Assembly (NCBI GenBank): GCA_963702095.1
Contig: OY969706.1
Location: 1,056,001 to 1,120,000, forward strand
Length of the DNA: 64,000 nucleotides
Reading direction: 5' to 3'
Source of the DNA: Candidatus Bathyarchaeota archaeon
GTDB taxonomy: Archaea > Thermoproteota > Bathyarchaeia > Bathyarchaeales > Bathycorpusculaceae
This document shows, one piece after another, positions 29,940 to 41,441 of the stretch; the first letter of the stretch is position 1; each line of letters begins with the position of its first letter. Both the position numbers and the translations under genes were made by a program. A model generated the notes under the pieces. It did no database searches. It was given only the letters and a program-made list of their open reading frames with translations, and had not been told where the DNA came from.

Positions 29940-32887
29940 ATGAGTTATTTTTGCAAAAACGTTGATAAGATTAAGCTGATGCAGAAAAGCGTTCCTACTG
30001 ACAAGGGTCTAAGAGAGTGCCAAATTGGTGCCTACTGGGCTGTTAATGCTCATTTTACATCTTCAGATGAACCTGCTCTTGTTGTAATGCCAACGGGTTC
30101 CGGAAAAACTGCATTAATAGAATTGTTGTCTTTTGGGTTAAAAGCAAAACGCGTACTTGTAATTACTCCGGGTGCTGTACTGCGTGATCAGTTAAAGGAT
30201 AACTTTCATGAGCTTACTGATTTAGTTGGACAAGGCATCCTTCCAGATGATATTGAGAAGCCAAAGGTTGACTGCCAAAATACTGTAATTACGTCAAAGG
30301 ATCAATGGGAACAACTCGAGAATTGTGATGTTATCGTATGCACACCGCATTCAATCAGCCCTAAGTATCATAAAGCAATTGCTCCTCCACCGGAAGGATT
30401 TTTCGATGTTGTCTTTTTCGACGAAGCACACCATATTAGGGCACCAAGCTGGGAAGAACTGCTTGGAATGTTTGGATCAAGCAAAAAAGTCCTCTTAACG
30501 GCCACTCCTTTCAGGCTTGACCAACTAAAAATGCTCGGTCGTATGATCTACAATTATCCGATTGAACGAGCAGTACAGAATAAAATTTACCAAAAAATAG
30601 AGTACCATAAAGTAGAAGTAGCAAATCCAGACGATCGGAATAGAGCCCTTTGCGATACAGTAAAAATAATTATGGGAGAAGAGAAAGAAAACGGTTTGAA
30701 ACCAAAAATTTTAGTACGAACCGATAAAGTGAAGAAATCAGATGCCCTAATTAAATTATACGCCGAAAATGGATTAAAAATCCGTAAAGTAGATTACACT
30801 CAAAATATGAATGCAAACAAAGCAGTTTTAACTAACCTTAAAGATGATAAAATAGATGGTATAGTTTGTGTGGGCATGCTTGGTGAGGGTATTGATATTC
30901 CTGCCCTCAAAATAGCAGTTTTACATGACCCCCCTAAATCCTTTCCACTCACCATTCAATTTATAGGCAGAATCTGTAGACCTAATGAAGCAAAAAAAGC
31001 ACATGTTGTTGCAGATCCTAAGCAAATAATTGAACGGGACACAAGTGATGAACTACGCCGCCTGTATGGATATGATAAAAAAGGTTGGCATGACCTCATT
31101 CCCGATATGGTTGACGAAGTGGTAGGTCGTGAGACAGAGATTCTTAGTTTGCCCTACCAAATCGGAAGTGGCCCATAAACGCCCAAGACATCAAACCATT
31201 TTACAGCGTTCAAATATATTCTTTGCAACCAGAGACCCTTAATTTAGATACTACCTGTAATTTTGCCGATGATGACATAGCAGTCTTCAAGCTACCGACA
31301 GCCAACGCCAATCTAAGAGTGTTTATCACTCAAAGAATAACTTCTCCTGCATGGGCTTCCAACTTAAGTAAAATCCGTGCTTTAACTTTTGATCTGCATT
31401 TATATTATTACCTGCCCGCAATAGGCTTTTTATTCGAATCAACAACTTTCAATCCTATCTCAGAAGAGATAAGGTATTCAATGACCAATGGACAGGAGCA
31501 AAAACTTCCTAGTGAGGAATTGGTTAAAGCCCTGAGATGTGCAGACCATTTAAACTTTAATATGTTAGGATTAGCGAGCGCTATTGGTTCTAGCCCGTCA
31601 ATTCCAAGTTATAAAACGTTAATGGGCAAGGAGGTCGAAGCTTCGATCGTTCCCACCGACTCACACATATTTATTCCAGGTCACGCTCTTGCAAGGAAAA
31701 AGACTGGCGAAACTATTGGCTTTTCATCATTTCAGGGGAAAATTTGGTCATTAAAGCGTGGAACAATCACACAATTCATTTCATGGTGCAATGAAGTTGC
31801 AGCTAACATTAATATGACTGCAGAAGTTTATTCGCTTCGCGATATTCCCTATCTGAATCCCATTAAAACGGCATGGAGCTTTTCAAGTAAGCCAATCGTA
31901 GTTACGGTGGACCCACATATTTCTGAGTATATAGCAACAATTATTCATCATGAGAGCGGGAAAGAAGACAACTCGATTATTTTTGGGGACCCAATTTTTG
32001 AAATAGTTGATAGTACAGACAAAGACCTATTCGTTACCTTCTATCCTAATTTCGCTGATAAAACATTTAGCATTAACATGTCATATAACATATCGAATAA
32101 CAGTTGGGCTGTTGCAGATTCAGGCTATTATGAACTAAAGCTTGAACCTTCAAATGCGATAGATGGAAAATTGAATTTTAGATTAGAGTATGCTTTCCAA
32201 GAAGAATTTCCGCCTTTTATCTATCTTACAAATGGAACTCTGATTAACGGGCGAACCCTAATTGAGCCAAAGCCTGAATATAAGGACATACCATTTCCTG
32301 AAGAGTGCTTTGTAAAAGGGCTAGTTTGGGATGATTGCAACATCAATAAGGAGTTCCTTAATAAGGGCGAAGCAGTTGGTACTAAAAAAACTATACATGA
32401 CTGGCTTGAGTCATGGCTGAGCAATAATTTGCCGCCGGATTCAATCATTTTTAAAGACCATGAAAGTGGTGAAATAGCTGATTTTATAGCGATTCAACCT
32501 GATGGTAAAATTATAGGTTTCTATCACTGTAAGTCTTCATCGACAAAGCAACCGGGCGCAAGCATTGGTCACATAAGTGCAGTCATGGACCAAGTTTTAA
32601 GGAGTATCTCTTTGGTCAATACGCGGACGCTCGTTGATAGACTATTAGAGCACAGTGACGGAAGGCGACCTAGGTCAAAATTTATCAGGGGTGATCGAGG
32701 TATGGTGAATCAATTGAAGGATACTTTTTCACCGTTAGATTGGTCATATCAAGTTTTCATTGTACAACCTGGTTTAGACTGCAAAGAGGCAGCGGTATAC
32801 GAAAATACTAAACTGCTATTGCTTACCTGCTATGAATGGCTAAAAGACATTGGAGCTAAACTAAGAATAATGGGGTTTTATAAATAA
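29940..32887 (+). CDS. ResIII/DEAH SF2 helicase with C-terminal PD-(D/E)XK nuclease, split by a frameshift near 31173
   Basis: MPTGSGKT, DEAHH, LTATP, GEGIDIP, QFIGR; second frame open from 31148 (PINAQDIKPFYSVQIY); DH..GEIADFIAI...YHCKSS. Confidence 0.82.
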
Positions 32888-32945
32888 TAGAATTATTCCA
32901 AGAAGAATAATTTTGCAAGATTGTCCGTATACATTGAAAAGTTGC

Positions 32946-34391
32946 CTATTTTTCCATGCCTTTATTCCAGAAAAGGTAAACTTTTATTTGGGATAACATT
33001 CCAAGTATTTTAATGAGTTTAGTGAGCTGTTTAGAATTGGCGTTTTGAATGTATTTTACGTAATCGGAAGTTTTTCCAAAAGGTTGATGTCGGCTAGCCG
33101 TTACCTCTTTTTTGAAGCGTGGATGCTTGTCTTTTGTGAAAGCAATTTTTAGCGCATTTATTTGTTCACTAGTTGAACTCCCGATTTTGGCTGCGACATA
33201 GCGTTCGCTGCACAGAAGCCGTAAATCAAAACCAAATTTGGTCAGAGTATTTGTGACTTCTTTAACGCTTTCGATATGCTGCTGTTCGGCAATTTTTTTC
33301 ATACCCGCTTTCTCTGCGAAGGGCGAATATTTTGGCATAACAGCAATCAATTCAACATAAGGAGTACCCACCATCTGTAGTGTATCATGAATTAGCTTAG
33401 CACCTAATCCTATTGTTCGATATTTTGGGTGGATAACCACTCGATTAATAATGCTTAGTTGTTTGTTCATTTCTTGAATAGTCATTCTCGGCAGCACTAT
33501 TCGTCTTCCATAGCATGCTGGTGGTGGGTAACTGTAGACTATGACGCCGCAGAGTTCATCGCCTCTTACTAGGCGGAAGATTTTTCGTGGAACCGCAACC
33601 TTGTGCCCTCGGTAGTGGAAACTGCTTAGTTTTTGCCAGTCTTCTCTGGTGCCTTCTTCAATTCTCATTTCACGGATTAGGCTGCATTCGGTTGCTGGAG
33701 TGTTTGGGTAGTAGTTGATTTTGATTTCTTCTCCGAATCGTTTGCGGACCAATACGCTGGGTTTGAGGTCTTCGGCTAGGTCGCTGTGGGTTGTTGCTGC
33801 TATGACTGCTTTGCCTTGTTGGCGGGCGATTTTCTGCAGGTTGAAAGCGATGATTTTGGCGGTGTCTCGGTCTAAGCATGCGGCGAATTCATCCATAAGC
33901 CACCATTGCTTGCCGCTCTCGATTAGTTTGGCGATTCGGTAACGATAACGTTGACCATCGCTCAATTGGCTGTAAGTGCGCAGAAAAAGGAAAGCATCGT
34001 TTAGGCCGACTTTGCTTAACAGCTCTAAACCTTCTTCGACTGTGGCTCCGATAGTCTCAATCAATGGCTTCTCAGCGTCCACTGCCACATCTGACAGGTC
34101 GATGGCTTCCTCGTCTAAATCCGCCTTAATTGCTCGCAACAGTACGCTTTTGCCGCTGCCGCTATCCCCAGTAATATAAACGATGTCTTGAGGTCCGATC
34201 TTCAATTCAGCATCAAGAACCTTAAAGCGCTGGGTATCGTCGATGCCTAATCCGAAGGCTTCAGCCACAACCAAGCTGCGAGGTGTCGGCTTAGTATGGG
34301 TTTCATAGCTGATATTGTATGTGAACTTGCCTTCCGTCCGGTCGTAGATTCGTCGGAATTGCCTTATGCGAATGTCTCTTTGTCGTCTCAT
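32946..34391 (-). CDS. ABC-ATPase fused to GNAT acetyltransferase (Mom-like DNA modification candidate)
   Basis: GDSGSGKS, LSDGQRYR, MDEF, TTH; then FHYR, INRVVIHPKYRTIGLG, PFAEKAGM. Confidence 0.85.
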   Translation of the reverse strand: MRRQRDIRIRQFRRIYDRTEGKFTYNISYETHTKPTPRSLVVAEAFGLGIDDTQRFKVLDAELKIGPQDIVYITGDSGSGKSVLLRAIKADLDEEAIDLSDVAVDAEKPLIETIGATVEEGLELLSKVGLNDAFLFLRTYSQLSDGQRYRYRIAKLIESGKQWWLMDEFAACLDRDTAKIIAFNLQKIARQQGKAVIAATTHSDLAEDLKPSVLVRKRFGEEIKINYYPNTPATECSLIREMRIEEGTREDWQKLSSFHYRGHKVAVPRKIFRLVRGDELCGVIVYSYPPPACYGRRIVLPRMTIQEMNKQLSIINRVVIHPKYRTIGLGAKLIHDTLQMVGTPYVELIAVMPKYSPFAEKAGMKKIAEQQHIESVKEVTNTLTKFGFDLRLLCSERYVAAKIGSSTSEQINALKIAFTKDKHPRFKKEVTASRHQPFGKTSDYVKYIQNANSKQLTKLIKILGMLSQIKVYLFWNKGMEK

Positions 34392-34398
34392 TTCTTGG

Positions 34399-35847
34399 TC
34401 ACCTTGGAATAACTGTTAAGAATGGTTCGGGTTCCATCTGCACGGTTGCAAACACGGCTAGCGCCGTACTCCAAAACACGTCATCATGGGTGCCGTTTGG
34501 ATGCGAGTATCCTATGGCGCCGTCCTTGCGTAGGTCATAGCGTTCCACGTTTAACTCGGTGCAGATGTCACCTCTGTATGGTCGCTCCCAATTGAGCAGT
34601 GGATAGTAGAATTGCTTGTTCATCATGCGCTGCTTTAGCAGGCTTGCCATCTCGCTCTTTCTTGGCACGCTAAAGTTGACGCCTTCGGCATTCTCTATGC
34701 CCGCAGTCTCCATGTCAGTGATGATGCTTGGGCCTTCCCGTGTAAAGTCAACCCTGATCTTCTGGAAACCGCCCCATCTATCCTGCAGCGCCTTTAGATA
34801 ACCGAGAACTTGAGCGTAGAGTGTGGGCTGCTGGAAAATCTTTAGGTGCCGAAGGAACAGCTTATCGTTTAGGCGCTCAACCACCGAAAGCACACAGTAA
34901 TCCCTTGTCTGCGCCAAGTCAAGTCCAGCAAAAAAGTCCCCTTCACAGCTAGCTTCAGGATTGAACTCTTGCAAATCCTCGCCGCAATTCTTCACTGTGC
35001 CCACGCAGGCAACAATTAAACTCTGAGCCAGCCAAACATCTTCATCCTCTGCCCACTCAGCTTCCATTTCCCGACGCCAACGTTGCGGGTCATCCCCGAA
35101 CTGACGCTTAATCTTCTCAACAATAGCAGGCTTAAGCGGACCATTAGGTTCAAGCGCATCAGTCCACCGAACATGTGACCGTGCAAAATCAGAGTAGTCT
35201 TTGTGGTTGCACATTTTCCAAAACAGCGAATCCGTATTCCAAGGCGTTGACGTGGCGATTAGTTTGCCGTTGGTTGTTCCAAGCGTAAACAGTATGGCAT
35301 CATAGAGCTCCTCGTCGTTAGGAACGAAATTGGCTTCTTCGATCCAGATTACTTTAAAGGTTGGGCCTCTGATTGTGTCGGGGTTGTTGGGGAAGGCTTC
35401 AATCATGCTGCCATTTGGCAACGTAATCCTTGTTTTTTGTATGTGCAGGCCTGGCTGCTGTGGAAGCTTTCGGCAAAAACCGCCCATGCGTCGTATGTTT
35501 AGTTTGGTTTGGCGCCAGCTTGGACCCACAATCGCGACATAGCTGTCAGGATGTTCCCAGGCGTATTTAAGAAGCAAAGCTGAAACCGAGAAGCTTTTCC
35601 CGGTTTGGCGTGCCCAGCGTACAGCGGTGAATTGGTTTTTCTCAAATTTCTCGGCTAACTCAAGCTGGTATTTGAAGGGTGTAAAGCCAAAAATCTGCTC
35701 AAAAAAGCCCTTAACATCCCTCTTTAAGGCATCGACATGGTTTTCGCTGGATTTTTCAACCGCTGCCACGTCCTCCCAGAGCTTGTTGTACTCCGAGAAG
35801 AGCTGATTAGGACGAAGTGCCCTGGGACTTTTTCCTAAGCGCCTCAT
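34399..35847 (-). CDS. terL: Terminase large subunit
   Basis: FKYQ, WARQTGKS, IRG..WIEEA, STP, GLDLAQTRD, HDDVFWS. Confidence 0.95.
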   Translation of the reverse strand: MRRLGKSPRALRPNQLFSEYNKLWEDVAAVEKSSENHVDALKRDVKGFFEQIFGFTPFKYQLELAEKFEKNQFTAVRWARQTGKSFSVSALLLKYAWEHPDSYVAIVGPSWRQTKLNIRRMGGFCRKLPQQPGLHIQKTRITLPNGSMIEAFPNNPDTIRGPTFKVIWIEEANFVPNDEELYDAILFTLGTTNGKLIATSTPWNTDSLFWKMCNHKDYSDFARSHVRWTDALEPNGPLKPAIVEKIKRQFGDDPQRWRREMEAEWAEDEDVWLAQSLIVACVGTVKNCGEDLQEFNPEASCEGDFFAGLDLAQTRDYCVLSVVERLNDKLFLRHLKIFQQPTLYAQVLGYLKALQDRWGGFQKIRVDFTREGPSIITDMETAGIENAEGVNFSVPRKSEMASLLKQRMMNKQFYYPLLNWERPYRGDICTELNVERYDLRKDGAIGYSHPNGTHDDVFWSTALAVFATVQMEPEPFLTVIPR

Positions 35848-36259
35848 ATTTTGGCCTCAACTCCATTAATTCCACTTCAATTTTGCGGTAGCGCACGTAT
35901 TCGGCAAAACGCTCCTGATACACCTTCGCCCCAGCTATGATTCCACGCAAACGCAAAACCTCAGACTTATCTATGCCAGGCTCTTGGAGCGCCTCTATCG
36001 CGGCGGCTAACTTCTTTAGCATCGTCTCAACACTTGGAAGCTCGTTTGGCAAGTCTTTAAAAGAAGAAGAAGCGCAGATTTTTCCACCTTCTTCTTCTCT
36101 TGAAATTAGTCCTAAGTCTAGGAGCTTTTGGTAGATGGCGTTTTGGCTATACTTGAATTCTAAACTAAAGGCTAAAACGGCATAATCAGTGATGCCTGAA
36201 GTGTACCAGTCTTTGAGCTTTTTCTCGTCATCTACTGGCCAAGGTTTGCCTTTAGTCAT
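35807..36259 (-). CDS. Putative terminase small subunit
   Basis: HTH-like N-terminus and coiled coil; immediately upstream of terL. Confidence 0.55.
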   Translation of the reverse strand: MTKGKPWPVDDEKKLKDWYTSGITDYAVLAFSLEFKYSQNAIYQKLLDLGLISREEEGGKICASSSFKDLPNELPSVETMLKKLAAAIEALQEPGIDKSEVLRLRGIIAGAKVYQERFAEYVRYRKIEVELMELRPKYEALRKKSQGTSS

Positions 36260-36497
36260 GTTTTCTGCCCCACAAACAACCCAATCACGGTGCCGCTTAA
36301 TCCTGTGATGGATGCGAAAATCTCAGCGTTCCAAGTGTGCAAAATGGCTAAGTGGGCTATCTCAAGAGCAGACATAAACGCCGTCATGCATATGGCGAAT
36401 TTTACGCCCAACACAAGCTTAGCAGTAGGTTCCTCAACGATGAGGCGGCTCTCTCAAAGCGTCTTCTAGTCAAGGCACGTTTAATGGGGTCTGCCAT
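36256..36497 (-). CDS. Small 2-TM membrane protein (holin-like) with a 1-nt frameshift near 36447
   Basis: MADPIKRALTRRRFE / LIVEEPTAKLVLGVKFAICMTAF...GTVIGLFVGQKT; stop overlaps the next ATG (ATGA); absent from the ORF track. Confidence 0.6.
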
Positions 36498-36903
36498 CGA
36501 CACTCAACCTCTGCTGAAACATTGTCATCCGAAAAGTTCTTGGGCGGTTCATCGTTCGGTGCCCGCCCATCATAAAACTGTTAATGAGCTTGCTAGCCGA
36601 TTCGCTGGGAATATGCTCTTTTACCAAAACTTGGACGCCTAAAGCCCAACCGATAGGTATTGCGGTGTAGTCCAGATCGAAGAGACCGTCGGCATAGCGA
36701 AAACTGTTCTGTGCAATTACAATATGTTTTATTTTACCTATCAGCCCAACGTATATGCCCCAGCTTTTCACCGGTACATCTATAGTTAAGCCTGAACCGG
36801 AGCTTTTGCCAACCGAGGCATCACACCAATCTACAGCGATTAAATCGCCCGGCTTAACGTTCTCTATGAGCTTTAGCACTTGCTTACTCAACAGGACACC
36901 CAT
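36481..36903 (-). CDS. Hypothetical provirus protein
   Basis: GDLIAVDWCDAS...SWG; 140 aa. Confidence 0.65.
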   Translation of the reverse strand: MGVLLSKQVLKLIENVKPGDLIAVDWCDASVGKSSGSGLTIDVPVKSWGIYVGLIGKIKHIVIAQNSFRYADGLFDLDYTAIPIGWALGVQVLVKEHIPSESASKLINSFMMGGHRTMNRPRTFRMTMFQQRLSVDGRPH

Positions 36904-37052
36904 AACCTACGGGGGAAAACATTGTAAAAAGCAATCTTGCGAAAAAACAACCTCTAAAAAATAAGGGATAAGAAAAACCAGTTAATGATTAGCTCTCAGC
37001 GTAGAATAAAAATGTTAATTTTAAATAGGTAAAGCGCAGATACAAAAATCCG

Positions 37053-38129
37053 GTGGGTGAGTTGGAGGAAAAACAAAAAAAATTTAATTATATCTGGATT
37101 GTTCGATGCGCTGGAAATGATGCAAATAGAAACGTTACCTGTAACATGTTAGAGAAAGCACCTTCAACTAGACTCATTAAGCCATTGGTGGAAGTAATTG
37201 ACCCGAAGATACTTCACAGGTTATCTAGACTCTTACGGGCTAAATATGGGTCTATAATGGTCGAATTACCCGCTTACTTTCTTGAAGTACGAAATAAGTA
37301 TTCAAGTTCTATTGAAAATCTAATCGCCCAATACCCCGACCAAGCGACCTTTTATGTTAAACACAAATCACTATTGGATACTCCCGTAATTTCGGCTCAA
37401 CATATTGGAAACCGTGATTACGATGAGGAGACTGAAACTCTTAAAAAAGTCAAAGATGACTTTAAGTCAGTAGCTGTACGAGTAAGAGTTCCCTATTTTG
37501 AACTAGCTACTGCAACGAGAATTCTTAACTCATATAAATCGTTAGTCAGCAAGATGGAAGAAAACGATAGCCTATTGATGGATGTTTTTAATTTATCGGG
37601 TTATGAAACTCAAATAAACTCAAACGTTGAGTTGATGTCTAAAATTGCTGCTGAAAGAACCGCCAAAACATTTGTTCTAAATGCCTTTGAACCAATTGAT
37701 AACGGTCATAATTTTGGGCCACTACTTAGCTTTAGAAATAATCTTAGTGGATTTGGCGATTTTGCGACAGAAAGGCGATTCCCACCAGAAGGAGGACGAC
37801 AACCGGAAAAGAAAGTTGGAAAATACTACTTTTGGGATCGGTTTTATCTAAAAGACTTCAAGAGAGTGGACTATGATATTGTTGCTGCATCGTTGAAGGC
37901 TACAGCGTTTTGGAGCAATCACGATAAACACGTTTCAAGCTGTAATGCATGTTATGCCCTGCAACATAATGACTACAACAGAAGCCCAACTTATTGGAAG
38001 GCTTTTAGAATGATTCATTACTTGCATTCAATTACTAATGAGACAGCCAAACATTTTAGCTCTGTTACATCGGACCAAGACCTTGACCCAGACGGTTTCG
38101 ATATTTTATTTAACGTCGAAGAGATTTAA
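37053..38129 (+). CDS. Beta-protein/sce7725-like TIM-barrel protein
   Basis: IKPLVEV, VAVRV, GFGDFAT, SPTYWK..MIHYL; paired with an sce7726-like gene. Confidence 0.6.
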   Translation: MGELEEKQKKFNYIWIVRCAGNDANRNVTCNMLEKAPSTRLIKPLVEVIDPKILHRLSRLLRAKYGSIMVELPAYFLEVRNKYSSSIENLIAQYPDQATFYVKHKSLLDTPVISAQHIGNRDYDEETETLKKVKDDFKSVAVRVRVPYFELATATRILNSYKSLVSKMEENDSLLMDVFNLSGYETQINSNVELMSKIAAERTAKTFVLNAFEPIDNGHNFGPLLSFRNNLSGFGDFATERRFPPEGGRQPEKKVGKYYFWDRFYLKDFKRVDYDIVAASLKATAFWSNHDKHVSSCNACYALQHNDYNRSPTYWKAFRMIHYLHSITNETAKHFSSVTSDQDLDPDGFDILFNVEEI

Positions 38130-38937
38130 TGTGTTGAATGTCATGCGAACAAAACAAGATTACCTGTCCGAAATACCATTTGAGTTCTTGATCGGTTTTT
38201 CTAAAGAAACGGGTCTAATTCGCGATAATGCTTGTTTTACAAAAAAGGATTTTATTCATCGATTGATACCTAACCTAACTCTTTCCGATTGCCAACAACT
38301 CAATGAGGAGTCAAAAGAAGGGCATTGTTACAAGTCAAGTGTTAGCCGGTATCTAAATGAATTCCCGACAGGTAATATTGTCAGTAAGAATTTTGTTGAA
38401 CATTTAGGCAAATTTGAAAGTCAACTTGGTTCAATTTTTTATGAATTTCCCATTACACATACCAGGGTTGATATTCTCAGACTTTCAGGAGAATTTTACG
38501 CGTATGAAGTCAAGTCTGTACGCGATAAGCTTGACCGATTAGTTTACCAAATTCCTGCCCTCCAAAAATACTTTGATTATGTAACTGTTGTTATTCCAAC
38601 CGAAAACGAAAAAAGCGTTAGGTGCTATCTTCAAAAAAACATTGGAATAACCAGTTTTCAAGTAAAAGACCGATTAATGGTCTTTGATTCCAAAAGGAAA
38701 GCAAAAAAAAGCGTGCTGTTGGATTCTATTGCCCAACTAGAAATATTGCGCTTGGACGAACTTAGGGATATTTACCGCTGTGGTAAGCTTAAACCAACAA
38801 GGAAGGAAGCCATTGAAGGAATAATGAGAAACCTGAACACAAAGGAGATTCACACTGTTTTTCTGTCAAAGCTTAAGGATAGAGAAAGAAAAACGCAGAC
38901 GAACCATTCAAATCAAAAAAGACTGGGTCATTTTTAG
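38038..38937 (+). CDS. sce7726-like (MmcB-type) PD-(D/E)XK nuclease
   Basis: EF..TRVDI...AYEVKSVRDKLDRL..Q...YFDYVTVV...IGI; real start probably near 38129-38143. Confidence 0.8.
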   Translation: MRQPNILALLHRTKTLTQTVSIFYLTSKRFNVLNVMRTKQDYLSEIPFEFLIGFSKETGLIRDNACFTKKDFIHRLIPNLTLSDCQQLNEESKEGHCYKSSVSRYLNEFPTGNIVSKNFVEHLGKFESQLGSIFYEFPITHTRVDILRLSGEFYAYEVKSVRDKLDRLVYQIPALQKYFDYVTVVIPTENEKSVRCYLQKNIGITSFQVKDRLMVFDSKRKAKKSVLLDSIAQLEILRLDELRDIYRCGKLKPTRKEAIEGIMRNLNTKEIHTVFLSKLKDRERKTQTNHSNQKRLGHF

Positions 38938-39231
38938 TAACACTTCTTATCAAATTATCTCTTGGGTTATACCACATTAATTCGAAAATCACCTACTCTT
39001 CCAACACGTGGAAAACCATAATTGGTTGCTGCCACTAAACTGTTCTACGGTTCTGCGTTTTCTGGGCTAAGTAAAATACGTTCAATCGGTATCTCCTGCA
39101 AATTAATGGTAGCCATACTGTCCAGCAACCTTATCGTGTAGTTGCGGGAAATTAATACAATACTTGCTAAAAGAAAAAACAACTTTAAAGCACTAACAAA
39201 TAGTCATTAAAAACGCTGCGACAGTTTCTTT

Positions 39232-41441
39232 TTATTTTGTTACTTTTAATCTGTTAATTCTATTGACTTTCGATTTTAGTGCGTACACGTAATCCGCTAA
39301 CAAAACGGCTTCCCTGCCAAGCTCCAACATTATCTCCAATTCTTGAGTTTGACCGTCAACAAGATATTCAGCGCTGATAACTCGGAAGTCTGCGTCTACG
39401 TTCTCGTTTGGCAACTCAACATGTACTTTGTCGCCTGCAAGGATTAAAGTCGTGCCGTAGTCGATAACTGAACTTTTAACAGTTAGGTGCTCAGCTGGGT
39501 CCTTCATATAGTCAAGGATTGCTTGGGCTCTTAGGTTACATTCGTTGTCGCTGTATAATTCGTCGTCTGTGTCAACGTATTCTCGGAGTCCGTAGAGCGC
39601 TTGACTAGGATAATCTTCAACAACCGCACAGTAACGCATACCGCCGAAGTATAGACCATCTATCCAGTAATCGCCGTTTCCAGGGCTTAAATCCTGATGA
39701 ATATTTATTGAAACTTGAACCCTTACAATTTTGTTCCAATGGAACCCTGATTGACCATAACCGGGAAGCCATTCATCCGCATACTTGGAGCCGACTTTAA
39801 GCGAGACCTGGTTCCATTGAGCGTCATGCGCGACACCGGGTTTAGCAACCATTTGCTTTCCAGTATCGTCGATTAAGCTAATTGCCACCCCTGAACCTTC
39901 AAACGTGCTTGGAATATAGAGGCATAAATTAAGCGTGGGAAATAACTCGCAATTTGGTTCCATCCCTGCTTTGAAGGTGAATTTTGCCATTCCATACCAA
40001 TCGTTCACAAGGTGAACTTTGACGCTGCTTGTTCCGAAGGCTTTGTTTGTACTATCCTGTGCGACGTTTCCTGAGCCGCCCGAGCCTCCAGCGAAAGTCC
40101 AATCACCGTAGGGTGGATGCAGTATCTCTGTGAAGCCGTCTTTATCGAGAGGATAGCTTTTGTCCGACGCGCCCCAAATGGTGATTTTGTTTCGCACTGC
40201 AGAGATGTCTTTGCTGTAGGTGCTTTCCTCGATGCTGTCGGTTAAGTCGGCAACTACGCTTCGGCTGTTTTTGCGGAAAAACTCAAATCGCCCATCTGGA
40301 GCAACACGGAAATCAAAACCGATTACCCCGTTGTAGTCCGCTGACTGTGCAATATACTGCAGTATGTCCCAAACTGGCGTATCGTTGTAATCAAGCTCTG
40401 TATAGGTTGTGCTTGTATTCTCGACGAGTTCATAGCCATTGCGTGTATGGCTGATTCCCACGTAATTGTCCAGTAGGTCCTTGACTATGGTTTCGCCTTT
40501 GCAGTTGAGGTATTTTTTGGTGACTGTTCGGCGAAATAGCCGCTCTCCCCAGCATCTACCGCTTATGAGGGCATAGGTTTCTGTGCCTGTGGCTTGGTAC
40601 TCTATGTGCTCAACTTTGAGCGAAATCATGGGTAGCACGTTTGGGTTATAGGGGATGCGGCAAATTCCGATTCCTCCAGTTGCTCCCAGTTGGATGGGTA
40701 ACCAGCCGCTTTGGCTGTATTTTTTGCCCCAATTCTGGAGTTTAACTTCAAAGCTGCTTACCTCTTTTGTGGCGCCCAAATGAACCGTACATTCGATTAT
40801 GTCGGTCTCTGGAACGAAGATATTGCCAAAAACAACTACTGGTTTTGGAACGTTGATTACTTGCTCGGTGCTAGTTGGGGGCAACCCGACGTAGTGGAAA
40901 TTGGCCGTAATGGATGCATCATTGCCAGGATACCAAACGTATGGATTGTCATTGTTTCCGTCGCCCCAATCATCAAAGGTGTAGCCTGATTGTGGAAAAG
41001 CCTCTAGGCTGATTTGGTCTTCGGGATTAAAATGGAGTGTTGCTGGAAAGCTGGCAAAGACTACCGAGGTTTGCTGCCCAACGTTTATGGCTATTATGTG
41101 GTTGCATTCTTGGCTTAAGGCGGTGATTGTTAGGGTTTTGGTGCCTGTCCCGCCTTCTTGGCCTTGCCCTTCGTATAGGTTAAGTACAAGGATTATTGGT
41201 TGGGGTGTGTCCCAAGCTGCAAGTTGAGAAGCGGTGTTAGTGGCTGTCCAGTAGCCGGCAAAGATTTCATACCATTGGCTGCCAAGGAAAGGCGTCGGAA
41301 ACGCCAAATCTCCTGTAACGTAATCGCCGTTTCCATCGGTCAGCTGCCTTCTTCGACGGCAACGTAATCAACGACGGCAACGTTAGCGCCCACAATTGGA
41401 TTCCCATGTTGGTCCTGAACATGCACAGTAAAAGACGTCAA
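39232..41441 (-). CDS. Tail tip/baseplate hub protein with Ig-like and carbohydrate-binding-like domains (frameshift near 41345)
   Basis: TTG at 41441 overlaps the upstream stop; VQDQHGNPIVGANV / TDGNG Ig-like; GYTFDDW repeat; FRVAPDGRFEFF, VRNKITIWG, SQALYGLRE, GDKVHV hub motifs. Confidence 0.75.

Noticed and set aside
29940-32887. Type III restriction-modification system
   Set aside because: No DNA methyltransferase (Mod) gene in the island
32946-34391. ABC transporter ATPase
   Set aside because: No permease nearby, fused to a GNAT domain, and located in the packaging operon
39040-39116. ParB-like N-terminal remnant (MATINLQEIPIERILLSPEN) on the minus strand
   Set aside because: Only ~23 codons; too short to support
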